Assembly: GCA_964600615.1 (NCBI GenBank)
Contig: CAZRJK010000004.1
Location: forward strand, 15,259 to 79,258
DNA: 64,000 bases
Reading direction: 5' to 3'
DNA from: an uncultured Muribaculaceae bacterium
GTDB taxonomy: Bacteria > Bacillota_I > Bacilli_A > RF39 > UBA660
Part shown: positions 1 through 9,518 of the stretch, in pieces
How positions within the stretch are numbered: the stretch's first letter is position 1
Layout: every line of letters begins with the position of its first letter
Position numbers and translations under genes: made by a program
Notes under the pieces: model-generated
What the model was told of the DNA's origin: nothing
Database searches by the model: none
What the model saw: the letters and a program-made list of their open reading frames with translations, nothing else

Positions 1-146
1 TTATTATTAATTATCGCATCTACCCCCTCTTCTCCATCATAATAAGTTCCTACTACTTCTATTCTCTTATTATCACTAAAATACTCTTTAATCATCTCAG
101 TTAAACTTACATTATCATCAATAATCATTACTTTAATCTTATCCAT
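1..146 (-). CDS. spo0A: Response-regulator receiver N-terminus, most likely sporulation master regulator Spo0A (runs off window edge)
   Basis: Manual translation MDKIKVMIIDDNVSLTEMIKEYFSDNKRIEVVGTYYDGEEG resembles the Spo0A N-terminus (KIKV..DDN...EY....EV.G.A.NG). RBS AGAGGGA and a 0A box lie upstream. Confidence 0.75.
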   Translation of the reverse strand, partial: MDKIKVMIIDDNVSLTEMIKEYFSDNKRIEVVGTYYDGEEGVDAIINN

Positions 147-195
147 ATAATCCCTCTTTCTATTCTAAAGTATAAAATAATAAATCTAAAAAAAT

Positions 196-202
196 TGTCG
201 AA
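196..202 (+). promoter_or_regulatory. Spo0A box TGTCGAA upstream of spo0A
   Basis: Exact match to TGNCGAA about 50 nt upstream of the spo0A start; autoregulation is known for spo0A. Confidence 0.5.
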
Positions 203-205
203 TTA

Positions 206-237
206 AAAAAGAAGTAAATAGTTTTTTACTTCTTTTT
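206..237 (-). terminator. Intrinsic terminator after tpiA
   Basis: AAAAAGAAGTAAA / TTTACTTCTTTTT inverted repeat directly after the tpiA stop. Confidence 0.65.
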
Positions 238-918
238 CTACTTTAATTCTTTTACTATCTCTACTACTTTATTAATATCAGAAGATGTCTTACCAAGCAT
301 AATACCACCTAATTTAGGAATGTTAAGTATCTCTTTAATATTTTCTTCCTTAACACCACCACCATATACTATATTAGGCTTAATCTTATACTTTTCATAT
401 AAATAATCATAAATAGTACTAATATCTTCATTTATCTGTTCTATAGTTTCATATTGGCTAACTTCTTTAGGTTCATAAGCAAAAATAATAAAATTAATAT
501 TATTAATACCCTCTAATAAATCATCTAAAGTCTTTCCCATTTTTTTACCACATTCTCCAAAACAAAGAATAGGAATTATATTAGAATCTAAACAAGCATT
601 TAATTTCTTTTTAATTAACTCATGATCCTCATTAAAATTTTTCTTTCTCTCATAATGACCTACTATTGCATATTCAATCCCCATAGATTTAATCTGCATA
701 GGACTTATTTCTCCAGTATAATCACCAAAAGACTCATAATAAATATTTTGTGCTCCTACTCCCCAATCACAATGATTAATAAAACTCTCTAAATACAAAG
801 AACTAGGAACTACTACAAGATCATTATCTGTATCTATCTTATTTAATTTATCTATATAAGTAGGAACCTCATCATATTCTAAACTCATCTTATGATTTAG
901 AATTATTATCTTCTTCAT
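238..918 (-). CDS. tpiA: Triosephosphate isomerase family protein (divergent)
   Basis: NHK, GAQN, G.YTGEIS, VGH.ER, AYEP and YGG motifs; likely start MKKIII after GGAG. Confidence 0.8.
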   Translation of the reverse strand: MKKIIILNHKMSLEYDEVPTYIDKLNKIDTDNDLVVVPSSLYLESFINHCDWGVGAQNIYYESFGDYTGEISPMQIKSMGIEYAIVGHYERKKNFNEDHELIKKKLNACLDSNIIPILCFGECGKKMGKTLDDLLEGINNINFIIFAYEPKEVSQYETIEQINEDISTIYDYLYEKYKIKPNIVYGGGVKEENIKEILNIPKLGGIMLGKTSSDINKVVEIVKELK

Positions 919-2146
919 CACTATCATCTCCATTTATAATCTTATGAACTTTATCAATAATAGGTATTTTATGCTTAGGATTATTCTTAATAGCAATATT
1001 ATATACATCTAATATCCTTTCTGCAAAATACTTAGAAGAATGCATCTCTGATTCTATTCTAGCTTGCTTACTCAATCTCTTAAGCATCTCTCTATCTTTA
1101 AATAATGTAATAATAGCCTTCTTATACTCTCTTCTATTATTAAATATCATACCATTTAAACCATTAACAACAGTAGTATTAAAACTATCATCATTAATAC
1201 ATACAACAGGTAAAGATGCTGCCATAGCTTCTATTACCGTAAGTCCCTGTGTTTCTGTAGTAGAAGCAGTAGCAAATATATCACTAATTATATAATAAGA
1301 AACAACTTTTTCCCAAGGAACTTTACCTGTAAATATAACATTTTTATCAATATTATTCCTTTTTACATATTCCTTATACATATCTGCATCAGGTCCATCA
1401 CCAACTACAAGTAATTTTATCTTCTTAGATACTTCCATTAAAGATTTCATTGAAGATAATAACAAATCTAAATTCTTCTCTGTACCTATTCTACCAACAA
1501 ATAATATTACAAAATCATCTTCATCAAGTCCTACTTTTTTACGAAATTCTAATTCATTAATTTTATTATTTTCTCTATAAAATCTTTCTACATCAATACC
1601 AGTAGGTACTATATATATATTTCTATCTACCTTATATTTTTCCTTAAATAATTCATATGTCTTCTTAGTAGGTACTACTAACTCTGTAATAGTCTTATCA
1701 CAATAGAACAAAGTAAAATACTCAACTAATTTCTTACTAGATTTCTTAAAATACCCCTTAGTTATATAATGAATATAATCCTCATACATCGTATGATAAG
1801 TATGTACTAAAGGAATATTAAACTGCTTAGCTATAATTCTAGCAAAAGTCCCAACCCCAAACTCCGTTTGTGAATGAATTACATCTAAATTCCATTTTTT
1901 AATCTTATTTATAGCCTTTAATGGATATATACCTGTTAATCTATAATCATATATACCAGTAGGTACACCAGGTATTCTAATAATTTTATTTTCATCTTCA
2001 TACTTATAATGCAAAGAATCATTATTAACAGTAACTATATATACATCATGCCCTTTTTTCTCTAATGCCTCTTTTAACATTAAAACACTAGTAGTAACCC
2101 CATTAATAAAAGGAACATATGTATCTGTAAAAATACCTATTCTCAT
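890..2146 (-). CDS. GT4 glycosyltransferase, 1,2-diacylglycerol glucosyltransferase-like
   Basis: MRIGIFTDTY.P..NGV, HTYHTMYEDY and ETQGL..IEAMA motifs. Confidence 0.9.
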   Translation of the reverse strand: MRIGIFTDTYVPFINGVTTSVLMLKEALEKKGHDVYIVTVNNDSLHYKYEDENKIIRIPGVPTGIYDYRLTGIYPLKAINKIKKWNLDVIHSQTEFGVGTFARIIAKQFNIPLVHTYHTMYEDYIHYITKGYFKKSSKKLVEYFTLFYCDKTITELVVPTKKTYELFKEKYKVDRNIYIVPTGIDVERFYRENNKINELEFRKKVGLDEDDFVILFVGRIGTEKNLDLLLSSMKSLMEVSKKIKLLVVGDGPDADMYKEYVKRNNIDKNVIFTGKVPWEKVVSYYIISDIFATASTTETQGLTVIEAMAASLPVVCINDDSFNTTVVNGLNGMIFNNRREYKKAIITLFKDREMLKRLSKQARIESEMHSSKYFAERILDVYNIAIKNNPKHKIPIIDKVHKIINGDDSDEEDNNSKS

Positions 2147-3156
2147 TTCTTATCACTCTTTCCATACAAAGACAAAGCAAAAGCACCAAATATCATTCCT
2201 AAATAATAACTAACAAATCTCCATATCAACATTAAAGCATTTACCAAAGTACCTCTAATTAAATAACCAAAGAAGAATATAAATCCATATTCTATTCCTC
2301 CCGTACCACCAGGAATAGGTACAAAAGAACCAATTGTCATAACATAAGCAGTAGTAACAATAACATGAATAAAATTAAGATTAAGTCCAAAGCCTAACGC
2401 AATAAAATAAGGCATACTATATAAAATAATTATAGCAATAAAATCAATAATAATCATTTTAAATACTTTTAACTTATGCTTACCCAATTCTAAAGCATTA
2501 TTATAGAAACCTTCCAAATAATCATTTATTTTATCTCTTATCTTTTCCTCATCTTTAATAATCTTTGTATCAACCCCAAGATGAATTAATTTATCACATA
2601 AAAATTTACTTATTTTCTTTCCAAAACTTAATATAAAAGTAATAACCAGAACTAATATATTAATAGTAAAACCTAAAACTACTAATTTCTTAATTAAATG
2701 ATCCTCAGGAAACAAATCAAAAATACCATTATATGTAAGAGCACATATACCAACAAAAACAAACGCTATTTGATATATAATAAAATTCTGTAAAGTTATA
2801 TTAGTAGCCTTAGTAACTCTAATCTTCTCTTTATGCAAATAATATACCTCCATAGGTTGCCCTCCTCCTGCAAAAGGAGTTATCCCATGAAAAAACAATA
2901 CAATAAAATTAAGAAGTAAACACTTATAATAAGGAACTTCTTCATTATTAAGTTTAATAACATTATAATGCGTAATAGCCATCAAAGCCCTACATAAACA
3001 TAAAGTTATAACAGCAGCTACAACACATAAATGATTCATATTAATAATAGCACTCATTATCTCATGAAAATTACCCTTCAAAGAAAAATATAATACTAAT
3101 ATTAATACAATAAAAATAATAATAAAATTAACTACAAAATTTTTTTTATTTTTCAT
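2143..3156 (-). CDS. Lysylphosphatidylglycerol synthase TM-domain (flippase-like) protein
   Basis: ITPFAGGGQP, PIPGG.GG.E and LIWR motifs; multiple TM helices. Confidence 0.85.
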   Translation of the reverse strand: MKNKKNFVVNFIIIFIVLILVLYFSLKGNFHEIMSAIINMNHLCVVAAVITLCLCRALMAITHYNVIKLNNEEVPYYKCLLLNFIVLFFHGITPFAGGGQPMEVYYLHKEKIRVTKATNITLQNFIIYQIAFVFVGICALTYNGIFDLFPEDHLIKKLVVLGFTINILVLVITFILSFGKKISKFLCDKLIHLGVDTKIIKDEEKIRDKINDYLEGFYNNALELGKHKLKVFKMIIIDFIAIIILYSMPYFIALGFGLNLNFIHVIVTTAYVMTIGSFVPIPGGTGGIEYGFIFFFGYLIRGTLVNALMLIWRFVSYYLGMIFGAFALSLYGKSDKK

Positions 3157-4327
3157 CTATTGCACCAATACCTGGAAGAATCTTTCCCTCTAAGTATTCT
3201 AGTGTCGCACCTCCTCCTGTAGAAATATGATAGAATCTACTACTATCACTTAATTTATTTACAGAAGAAACAGAGTCTCCTCCTCCTACTAAACATTTAA
3301 TATTATTATTAACTATATAATCTAAAATACTTTTAGTCCCCTTAGCATATAAATCATTCTCAAATAATCCCATAGGACCATTTATAATAACTCTCTTAGC
3401 ATCACTTAAATTATTACAAAATAATTCAATACTCTTAGGTCCAATATCAAGACCCATCTCATTATCATTAATCTTATCTATATCACAAACACTACATTCA
3501 TTACTATCAATACTATTTGAAACCATATTATCAACAGGAAGTATAATCTTATTAGAGTATTTATCTAACATCTCATGACAAAAAGAAATTGATTCCTCAT
3601 CTATTAAAGATTTACCTATATTATATCCCTTAGATTTCAAAAAAGTATATGCCATTCCTCCCCCAATTATTAATTTATCACACTTAATAATTAGATTCTC
3701 AATAACTTTAATCTTATCACTAACCTTAGCTCCTCCCATTATTACAACAAAAGGATGAGTATCTTCATTTAATATTCCATCTAATTTATTAACTTCTTCT
3801 TCCACAAGAAAACCAATACCATTAGGTAAAAATTTACTAACACCCACATTAGAAGCATGTTCCCTATGACAAGTACCATAAGCATCATTAATAAATATAT
3901 CCCCTAAACCAGCCCAATAACGAGCTAAATCTAAATCACAAGAACTCTCTTTCTTACCATCTAAATCCTCATATCTTGTATTCTGTACTAAAAGAACATC
4001 GCCATTCTTCATATTATTAACTAAATTATCTAACTTACTACCTCTAGTTTCTTCACTAAAAATAACCTCTTTTCCCAATAATTCACTAAGTCTAACACTA
4101 ACAGGATATAAATTATTTTTATCCAAATCAGCTTTTTCTTTAACCTTACCTAAATGTGATAGTATTATCACACTACCACCATTATCTAAAACATAATTAA
4201 TAGTCTTTAAACTAGCTTTTATTCTAGTATCATCACTTATAATTCCATCTTTAATAGGTACATTTAAATCACATCTAATAATAACTTTTTTATTATTCAA
4301 ATCAAAATCTTTAATAGTTTTCTTCAC
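3146..4327 (-). CDS. pgk: Phosphoglycerate kinase
   Basis: RCDLNVP, SHLG, GGAKVSDKI, DIGP and STGGGATLE motifs; GTG start. Confidence 0.97.
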   Translation of the reverse strand: MKKTIKDFDLNNKKVIIRCDLNVPIKDGIISDDTRIKASLKTINYVLDNGGSVIILSHLGKVKEKADLDKNNLYPVSVRLSELLGKEVIFSEETRGSKLDNLVNNMKNGDVLLVQNTRYEDLDGKKESSCDLDLARYWAGLGDIFINDAYGTCHREHASNVGVSKFLPNGIGFLVEEEVNKLDGILNEDTHPFVVIMGGAKVSDKIKVIENLIIKCDKLIIGGGMAYTFLKSKGYNIGKSLIDEESISFCHEMLDKYSNKIILPVDNMVSNSIDSNECSVCDIDKINDNEMGLDIGPKSIELFCNNLSDAKRVIINGPMGLFENDLYAKGTKSILDYIVNNNIKCLVGGGDSVSSVNKLSDSSRFYHISTGGGATLEYLEGKILPGIGAIDEK

Positions 4328-4449
4328 TATATCTCACCACTTAAATTATATCAAATAAATACTTCTAAGTAAATGATAAAACACATCCAAATTAATAATA
4401 TTAGTAAAGTAATGTTTTGATAAAATTATTACCCAAACATACTTAATAA

Positions 4450-4478
4450 TTGGCAAAGAACATTATATTTGCTATAAT
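4450..4478 (+). promoter_or_regulatory. sigma-A promoter of putative type I toxin mRNA
   Basis: TTGGCA-17nt-TATAAT with TG extended -10. Confidence 0.65.
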
Positions 4479-4550
4479 TTATATAGGTACATTTGAAATA
4501 TCAGATGTTTTTCCCTTTCGTTATCTTTGATAAAAGAAAGGAGTGATATT

Positions 4551-4631
4551 ATGATACACAAAGAAAGAATACGTCTATATAATATAATATTACTTCTTAT
4601 AATCATAATAATTAAATTATTATTTATATAA
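4551..4631 (+). CDS. 26-aa hydrophobic peptide, putative type I toxin (MIHKERIRLYNIILLLIIIIIKLLFI)
   Basis: Strong RBS GAAAGGAG, single TM helix, SD sequestered by upstream CCTTTC, convergent antisense unit. Confidence 0.65.
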   Translation: MIHKERIRLYNIILLLIIIIIKLLFI

Positions 4632-4744
4632 GAAAAAACATCTGAATTCAACAAAAGTTGATTTCAGATGATCACCTATAGGGACTACATCTGATTCCAA
4701 CAATCAAATGTACCCTTTTTTATTTTATGCAAATTCTCTTTGAC
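4632..4744 (-). ncRNA. Putative antisense antitoxin RNA (about 110 nt)
   Basis: Minus-strand promoter TTGTAA(4779-4774)-17-TATAAT(4756-4751) with TG; terminator hairpin 4639-4670 followed by a U run on the minus strand. Confidence 0.5.
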
Positions 4745-4756
4745 AAATACATTATA

Positions 4757-5017
4757 TCATATATTAAACAATATTACAATCCAAATTATAGAAAACAAAT
4801 AAACTAACTTAAACTTTAATTTTTTAGTCTTATGATGAAATATATGCATACCTAATAAAAAACCAAAACATCCTCCACCAATACATATAGATAATAATTT
4901 TACTTCACTAATCCTATAACTATCATTTATCGCATTCTTTTTATCAACACCACATAAAAGAAATGCTATTACATTAATTACTATTAAATATATTATAAAA
5001 TTCACGAGGTACCTCAC
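4757..5017 (-). CDS. DUF1294 family membrane protein
   Basis: GVDK..A....RISE..L, GG..G...GM..FHHKTKK.KF. Confidence 0.88.
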   Translation of the reverse strand: MRYLVNFIIYLIVINVIAFLLCGVDKKNAINDSYRISEVKLLSICIGGGCFGFLLGMHIFHHKTKKLKFKLVYLFSIIWIVILFNI

Positions 5018-5816
5018 TCTTAAAAGTTATTAACTTATTATCTATAGGATTAATTAAACTTATTTTATAATGATGAAGCATTAATCTTTTAAAAGAATTA
5101 TCTTTAGAATAATACTTCTTATCCCCCACAATAGGATTACCCATCTCACTCATATGTACTCTAATTTGATTTTTTCTTCCAGTCTCTATATTAATATCTA
5201 ATAAAGTATACTTATTATTATTCTTAATTACCCTATAATTAGTAATAGCTCTCTTACCACCAATATTAGTACTATGAGATACTGTCAATTTATCTTCATA
5301 TAAATAATTATCTATTCTACCATCTTTACTAATCTTACCAGATACAACTGCTATATATTTTCTTTCCTTAACAATATCATTCCAATTCTCTTGTAACTTA
5401 TTCTTTAACCATTCATGTTTAACAAATATAACAATACCAGAAGTTTCTTTATCTATCCTATTAACAATAAAAGCATATTCTTTCTTATTATTTAAATATT
5501 CCCTAACTTCTCTATATAAAGTATTTTCTTTATCCTTATTTTTATTAGAAGTACTAATAGTAAGTAAACCATTCTCTTTATTAACAACTAAATAATTCTT
5601 ATCCTCATAAATAATACCCAAATCATACTTAACAGAATCATCTATTCTTATCTCATCACCAATATTAACCTTATATGGAAGTTTAATAACCTTATCATTA
5701 ACATAAATAAAACCTAACTTAACCAAAGACTTAACCTTATTCTTACCAATATTCTCTTTACCAAGATAAGTAATTATATCCTCATTACAAGTTACTCTTA
5801 TTATCCTTTTTTTCAT
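4974..5816 (-). CDS. RluA-family pseudouridine synthase
   Basis: S4-like N-terminus, VNK..GL, NRIDKETSG, TGRKNQIRVH, GD..Y. Confidence 0.92.
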   Translation of the reverse strand: MKKRIIRVTCNEDIITYLGKENIGKNKVKSLVKLGFIYVNDKVIKLPYKVNIGDEIRIDDSVKYDLGIIYEDKNYLVVNKENGLLTISTSNKNKDKENTLYREVREYLNNKKEYAFIVNRIDKETSGIVIFVKHEWLKNKLQENWNDIVKERKYIAVVSGKISKDGRIDNYLYEDKLTVSHSTNIGGKRAITNYRVIKNNNKYTLLDINIETGRKNQIRVHMSEMGNPIVGDKKYYSKDNSFKRLMLHHYKISLINPIDNKLITFKSEVPREFYNIFNSN

Positions 5817-6216
5817 AAGTAATATATTCACAAGCCTTTCTTAAAACCTCTTTATCATCATCATGAGTAATAACTTCAAAAGCATCTTCTACACCATACC
5901 AATTAATATCAGCAACTTCTTTATCTTGTTTAACAATATCATCATTAATAGGCATACCTACAAAATATATAACATCCTTAATAACATCTTTCTTAGGACT
6001 ATAAGTATTAACAAACCTAAAACCAGTATCTAATATAACATCCAAATTAGTCTCTTCCTTAATCTCTCTAATAGCAGTCTCTTCTTCCGTTTCATTACCT
6101 TCTACATGACCCTTAGAAAAAGAATAATGTCCTTTATTATGTTTAAGTAAAAGAATATATAATTCATTATCAATATATTTATATACTACTGCTCCACAAG
6201 ATTTTTCTTTCTTCAT
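5785..6216 (-). CDS. NUDIX hydrolase (Ap4A hydrolase-like)
   Basis: Nudix box KGHVEGNETEEETAIREIKEET; EKSCGAVV. Confidence 0.9.
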   Translation of the reverse strand: MKKEKSCGAVVYKYIDNELYILLLKHNKGHYSFSKGHVEGNETEEETAIREIKEETNLDVILDTGFRFVNTYSPKKDVIKDVIYFVGMPINDDIVKQDKEVADINWYGVEDAFEVITHDDDKEVLRKACEYITYEKKDNKSNL

Positions 6217-6250
6217 TTTATCACCACCAAAAAAGGGCTAAAGCCCCATA

Positions 6251-6790
6251 TTAATAATTTTCACTCCTTAATTCAAAATAACTTTGAGGATGAGCACATA
6301 CAGGACAAACAGCAGGAGCTTTCTTACCAACAACAATATGTCCACAATTACGACAAATCCAAATAGATTCTCCATCACGAGAAAATACTATCTCATCTTC
6401 AATATTCTTAAGTAATTTTCTATATCTTTCTTCATGATGTTTTTCTATCTCTCCAACCATTTCAAATTTCTTAGCAATAGCCTTAAATCCTTCTTCTTCT
6501 GCTACCTTAGCGAATTCCTTATACATATCAGTCCATTCATAATTTTCACCATCAGCAGCAGCCTTTAAATTATCAACAGTACCAGGAACCTCTCCCCCAT
6601 TTAATTCCTTAAACCACATCTTAGCATGTTCTTTCTCATTATTAGCAGTCTCTTCAAATATAGCAGCTATTTGCTCATAACCATCCTTCTTAGCCTTACT
6701 AGCAAAATAAGTATACTTATTTCTAGCTTGACTCTCACCTGCAAAAGCAGTAAGTAAATTTTGATAAGTTCTACTATCCTTAAATTCCAT
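6251..6790 (-). CDS. rbr: Rubrerythrin
   Basis: [21 protein letters not shown]-terminal CRNCG...CPVC. Confidence 0.95.
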   Translation of the reverse strand: MEFKDSRTYQNLLTAFAGESQARNKYTYFASKAKKDGYEQIAAIFEETANNEKEHAKMWFKELNGGEVPGTVDNLKAAADGENYEWTDMYKEFAKVAEEEGFKAIAKKFEMVGEIEKHHEERYRKLLKNIEDEIVFSRDGESIWICRNCGHIVVGKKAPAVCPVCAHPQSYFELRSENY

Positions 6791-6842
6791 AACACACCTC
6801 TTTCAACATATTAATTATAACATCTATATAAAACATTTACAA

Positions 6843-7403
6843 TCAAAAAACATAAAAACCATATATAAATCCACATATAGCACCAACCAAATGACTCATA
6901 TGAGAAATCTTATCCCTCTTATTATTAACACAATCTTTTATTTCACCAAAAATATAAAACAAAAATATCAAAATAAAAGTAACAGGAATCTTCCCACTCT
7001 CCAAATTAACCAAAGAAGATAATAATATCAACATAAAAGCAATACCACTAGCCCCTAATATCCTCTTATTACCCATAATAATATTAATTAAGGCCGTAAC
7101 AAAAGCTGTAATCAATATCATAACAATTAAATTATAACTACCATACTTTTCCTCTATCATAGGCCCTATTAACAATATATACAAAAAATTATTCCTAAAA
7201 TGATTAAAACCATCATGCCCTAACACATGAGTAAACATCCTAACATAAGTAAAAGGATTAAAAACACTTCCCCTACAACTAGAAAATAATAATTTATTAC
7301 TCTTCCCCTTAGTAATATAATTTAAAATAAGAACAATCAAACATATAAAGAAAAAAGATAATATAACCAAAGAATTATATCCAAAATATTCCACATACTC
7401 CAT
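6843..7403 (-). CDS. Rhomboid-family intramembrane serine protease
   Basis: H....H...N, GASG and SH.SHL.GA motifs. Confidence 0.88.
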   Translation of the reverse strand: MEYVEYFGYNSLVILSFFFICLIVLILNYITKGKSNKLLFSSCRGSVFNPFTYVRMFTHVLGHDGFNHFRNNFLYILLIGPMIEEKYGSYNLIVMILITAFVTALINIIMGNKRILGASGIAFMLILLSSLVNLESGKIPVTFILIFLFYIFGEIKDCVNNKRDKISHMSHLVGAICGFIYGFYVF

Positions 7404-7439
7404 ATCATTCACCTACAATAATTTTATCACATAAAAAAA

Positions 7440-7464
7440 GAAAAATAAATTAAATTTATTTTTC
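7440..7464 (-). terminator. Intrinsic terminator after the 614-aa surface protein
   Basis: GAAAAATAAAT-TAA-ATTTATTTTTC hairpin with U run on the minus strand. Confidence 0.6.
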
Positions 7465-9308
7465 TATCTATCAGCCACTATATAAGGACTATTACTAGAT
7501 CCATCACCATCACTAAACTTAATACCATGTTTAAGTGAAACGACAGGACGCACGCCGAGCGGAGTATCCACATAGTTGTAGCTCAAGTAACCCGTAGAGT
7601 CGACGCGCCACTCGTTGGCATAAGCGTTGCTGGAGTAATGAGGCGACCCCGACCACCAAGTTGTTCCTCCAGATGATGATCCTCTAGATCCATTATATAA
7701 ATAATTATATTTATTTGATGATGAAGAAGCTCCTGCCATTCTTATTTCATCTTCGGTTAAAAGCCCTACAGGATAATCTAATGCTCCATTTCCTATTGCT
7801 GATAATACAGTAAATTTATCTATATTTCTTGGACATGTTACGATTGGATTTGTTGTTCTTCCTTCTGGTGCAAAAGATAAATAAGTCCTTGTACTTCCTC
7901 CATCGGGATTCCAACCTGAAGCATTATAATTATTATAACTTCTATCATTACAATAGATTGTATCTTCTATATAGGTGCTATAGCTATTTCCTTTACTATC
8001 ATTAACCCCTTCTATATTATTATAATACCAATAATCTAGTGTTCCAGAAGTTACATTATTTCCTTTAATAGTACTTGATGTTGTATTATAATCTAACATA
8101 TCACTTAAAGCATCACTTACTGATTTTCCGTTAGTCAATGTTATATAATAAGCATAACTACTATCAGTATAATATATATAATATATACTAGGACATGTTC
8201 CTGTTGTATTAAAACAGGTATAATGAGCATTATTTAAGGTATTATAATCATTACTCCAAGTTCCTGTGGATGTCATGGTATTAGTTAGAGTATAAGAGCC
8301 ACCACTATAAGTAAAATCTTTGCCATATAAATAGGCTGTTGCTAATTCACTAGATGTCTTTCTAGCGCAGACATATCTAGTTCCATACATATAGCCTACA
8401 TCGGCTAAACTTGTATAATTAGAGTTAAATCTTTTAGAACCTATAGTAGTATTAGCACCAGTATTAGCGCAACTACCATTAGATGGTACTCCATTGTATA
8501 TCATTTTGATTCCACCTGTTTCAGTAGTTCTTACCATTTTAAAACACATATTTGCAAATATTACATTATTATTATCTATATTGCCTCGATAGTAATATAT
8601 TGGATAGGCTTGATTTTGTGTTCCTGCTCTTATATATACTCCTTTACCATTAGTATCAGAGTTTATTGCATCAAAATTAATACCAGAACTACTTGATACA
8701 TAAGTACTATTAGTATTATCTAATGGAACATTATTTATCATTGTTCTATATAAAGATGATGTCTCAGCTACAGTAGATTCACATATAGCTTCAGCATATA
8801 TATATCCTGAATATGATGTATTACTATATAATCCATGAGATAAACTAGCATCTATCCATACATAGACATCATAAGTTCTACTTGTTGTAGTTAAAGGTAT
8901 TGTCGCTAGTAATTGATCTTCATTACTCTTAGTAATAATACCTCCCCCAATAATAGTACTTCCATCTAATACTACATATTTAAAAGCATCATATCCTTCT
9001 GCACCAACATTAAATGGTACAGAACCACTATTATTATGAATAAATATATCAGCTTCTACATAACCACTATTAGCAGTTTTACTAACAGTAACTGTAGAAT
9101 GTGCACCTTCAGTATAATTAGTAGTTGTATTTAAATTAGCTCCAATAACATTAGTACCATTATAACTAACATTACCACAAGAACCAATACCAGTTATTCC
9201 ATTATTATCAGCTTGAATATTATAATAAGCATATGTTCCACCAGTAATAAGTATTATATAAATTAAAAGAATCATTACTAAACTAGAAGTAATTCTTATT
9301 TTCTTCAT
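7464..9308 (-). CDS. Secreted protein with SipW-type signal peptide, TasA-like N-domain and C-terminal CLec-like domain; putative DGR target
   Basis: N-terminal TM then GGTYAYY; C-terminal YPVGLLT.DE, WW..SP and GVRPVVSL typical of CLec-fold (DUF6273-like) DGR targets. Confidence 0.8.
   Translation of the reverse strand: MKKIRITSSLVMILLIYIILITGGTYAYYNIQADNNGITGIGSCGNVSYNGTNVIGANLNTTTNYTEGAHSTVTVSKTANSGYVEADIFIHNNSGSVPFNVGAEGYDAFKYVVLDGSTIIGGGIITKSNEDQLLATIPLTTTSRTYDVYVWIDASLSHGLYSNTSYSGYIYAEAICESTVAETSSLYRTMINNVPLDNTNSTYVSSSSGINFDAINSDTNGKGVYIRAGTQNQAYPIYYYRGNIDNNNVIFANMCFKMVRTTETGGIKMIYNGVPSNGSCANTGANTTIGSKRFNSNYTSLADVGYMYGTRYVCARKTSSELATAYLYGKDFTYSGGSYTLTNTMTSTGTWSNDYNTLNNAHYTCFNTTGTCPSIYYIYYTDSSYAYYITLTNGKSVSDALSDMLDYNTTSSTIKGNNVTSGTLDYWYYNNIEGVNDSKGNSYSTYIEDTIYCNDRSYNNYNASGWNPDGGSTRTYLSFAPEGRTTNPIVTCPRNIDKFTVLSAIGNGALDYPVGLLTEDEIRMAGASSSSNKYNYLYNGSRGSSSGGTTWWSGSPHYSSNAYANEWRVDSTGYLSYNYVDTPLGVRPVVSLKHGIKFSDGDGSSNSPYIVADR
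7539..7658 (-). other. Putative DGR variable region VR1
   Basis: 40 codons (WWSGSP...GVRPVV), 69/120 G+C, no codon ends in A; scaffold codons are A-free and intervening codons are NNC/NNT. Confidence 0.75.
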
Positions 9309-9472
9309 TTATATCACCTACCTATATACTATGATAAATAAATTATACTAAAAAAATAAAAAGATAGCAATTATTTTACTTATAAACAACTAAAAACATA
9401 CAAAATAAACAAATATGCATCATTAAATAATTAATTAAAAATTAAAAAATTATAAATATTATCTAAATAAAA

Positions 9473-9497
9473 AGGATTTTTCATATTTATCTAGAAT
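9473..9497 (+). promoter_or_regulatory. sigma-H-like promoter of the KilA-N gene
   Basis: AGGA-17nt-GAAT. Confidence 0.5.
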
Positions 9498-9518
9498 AAT
9501 AATATTAGGAGGATAATT

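Noticed and set aside
4472-4654. 60-aa minus-strand ORF from the track
   Set aside because: TTG start without RBS; antisense to the better-supported 26-aa peptide gene
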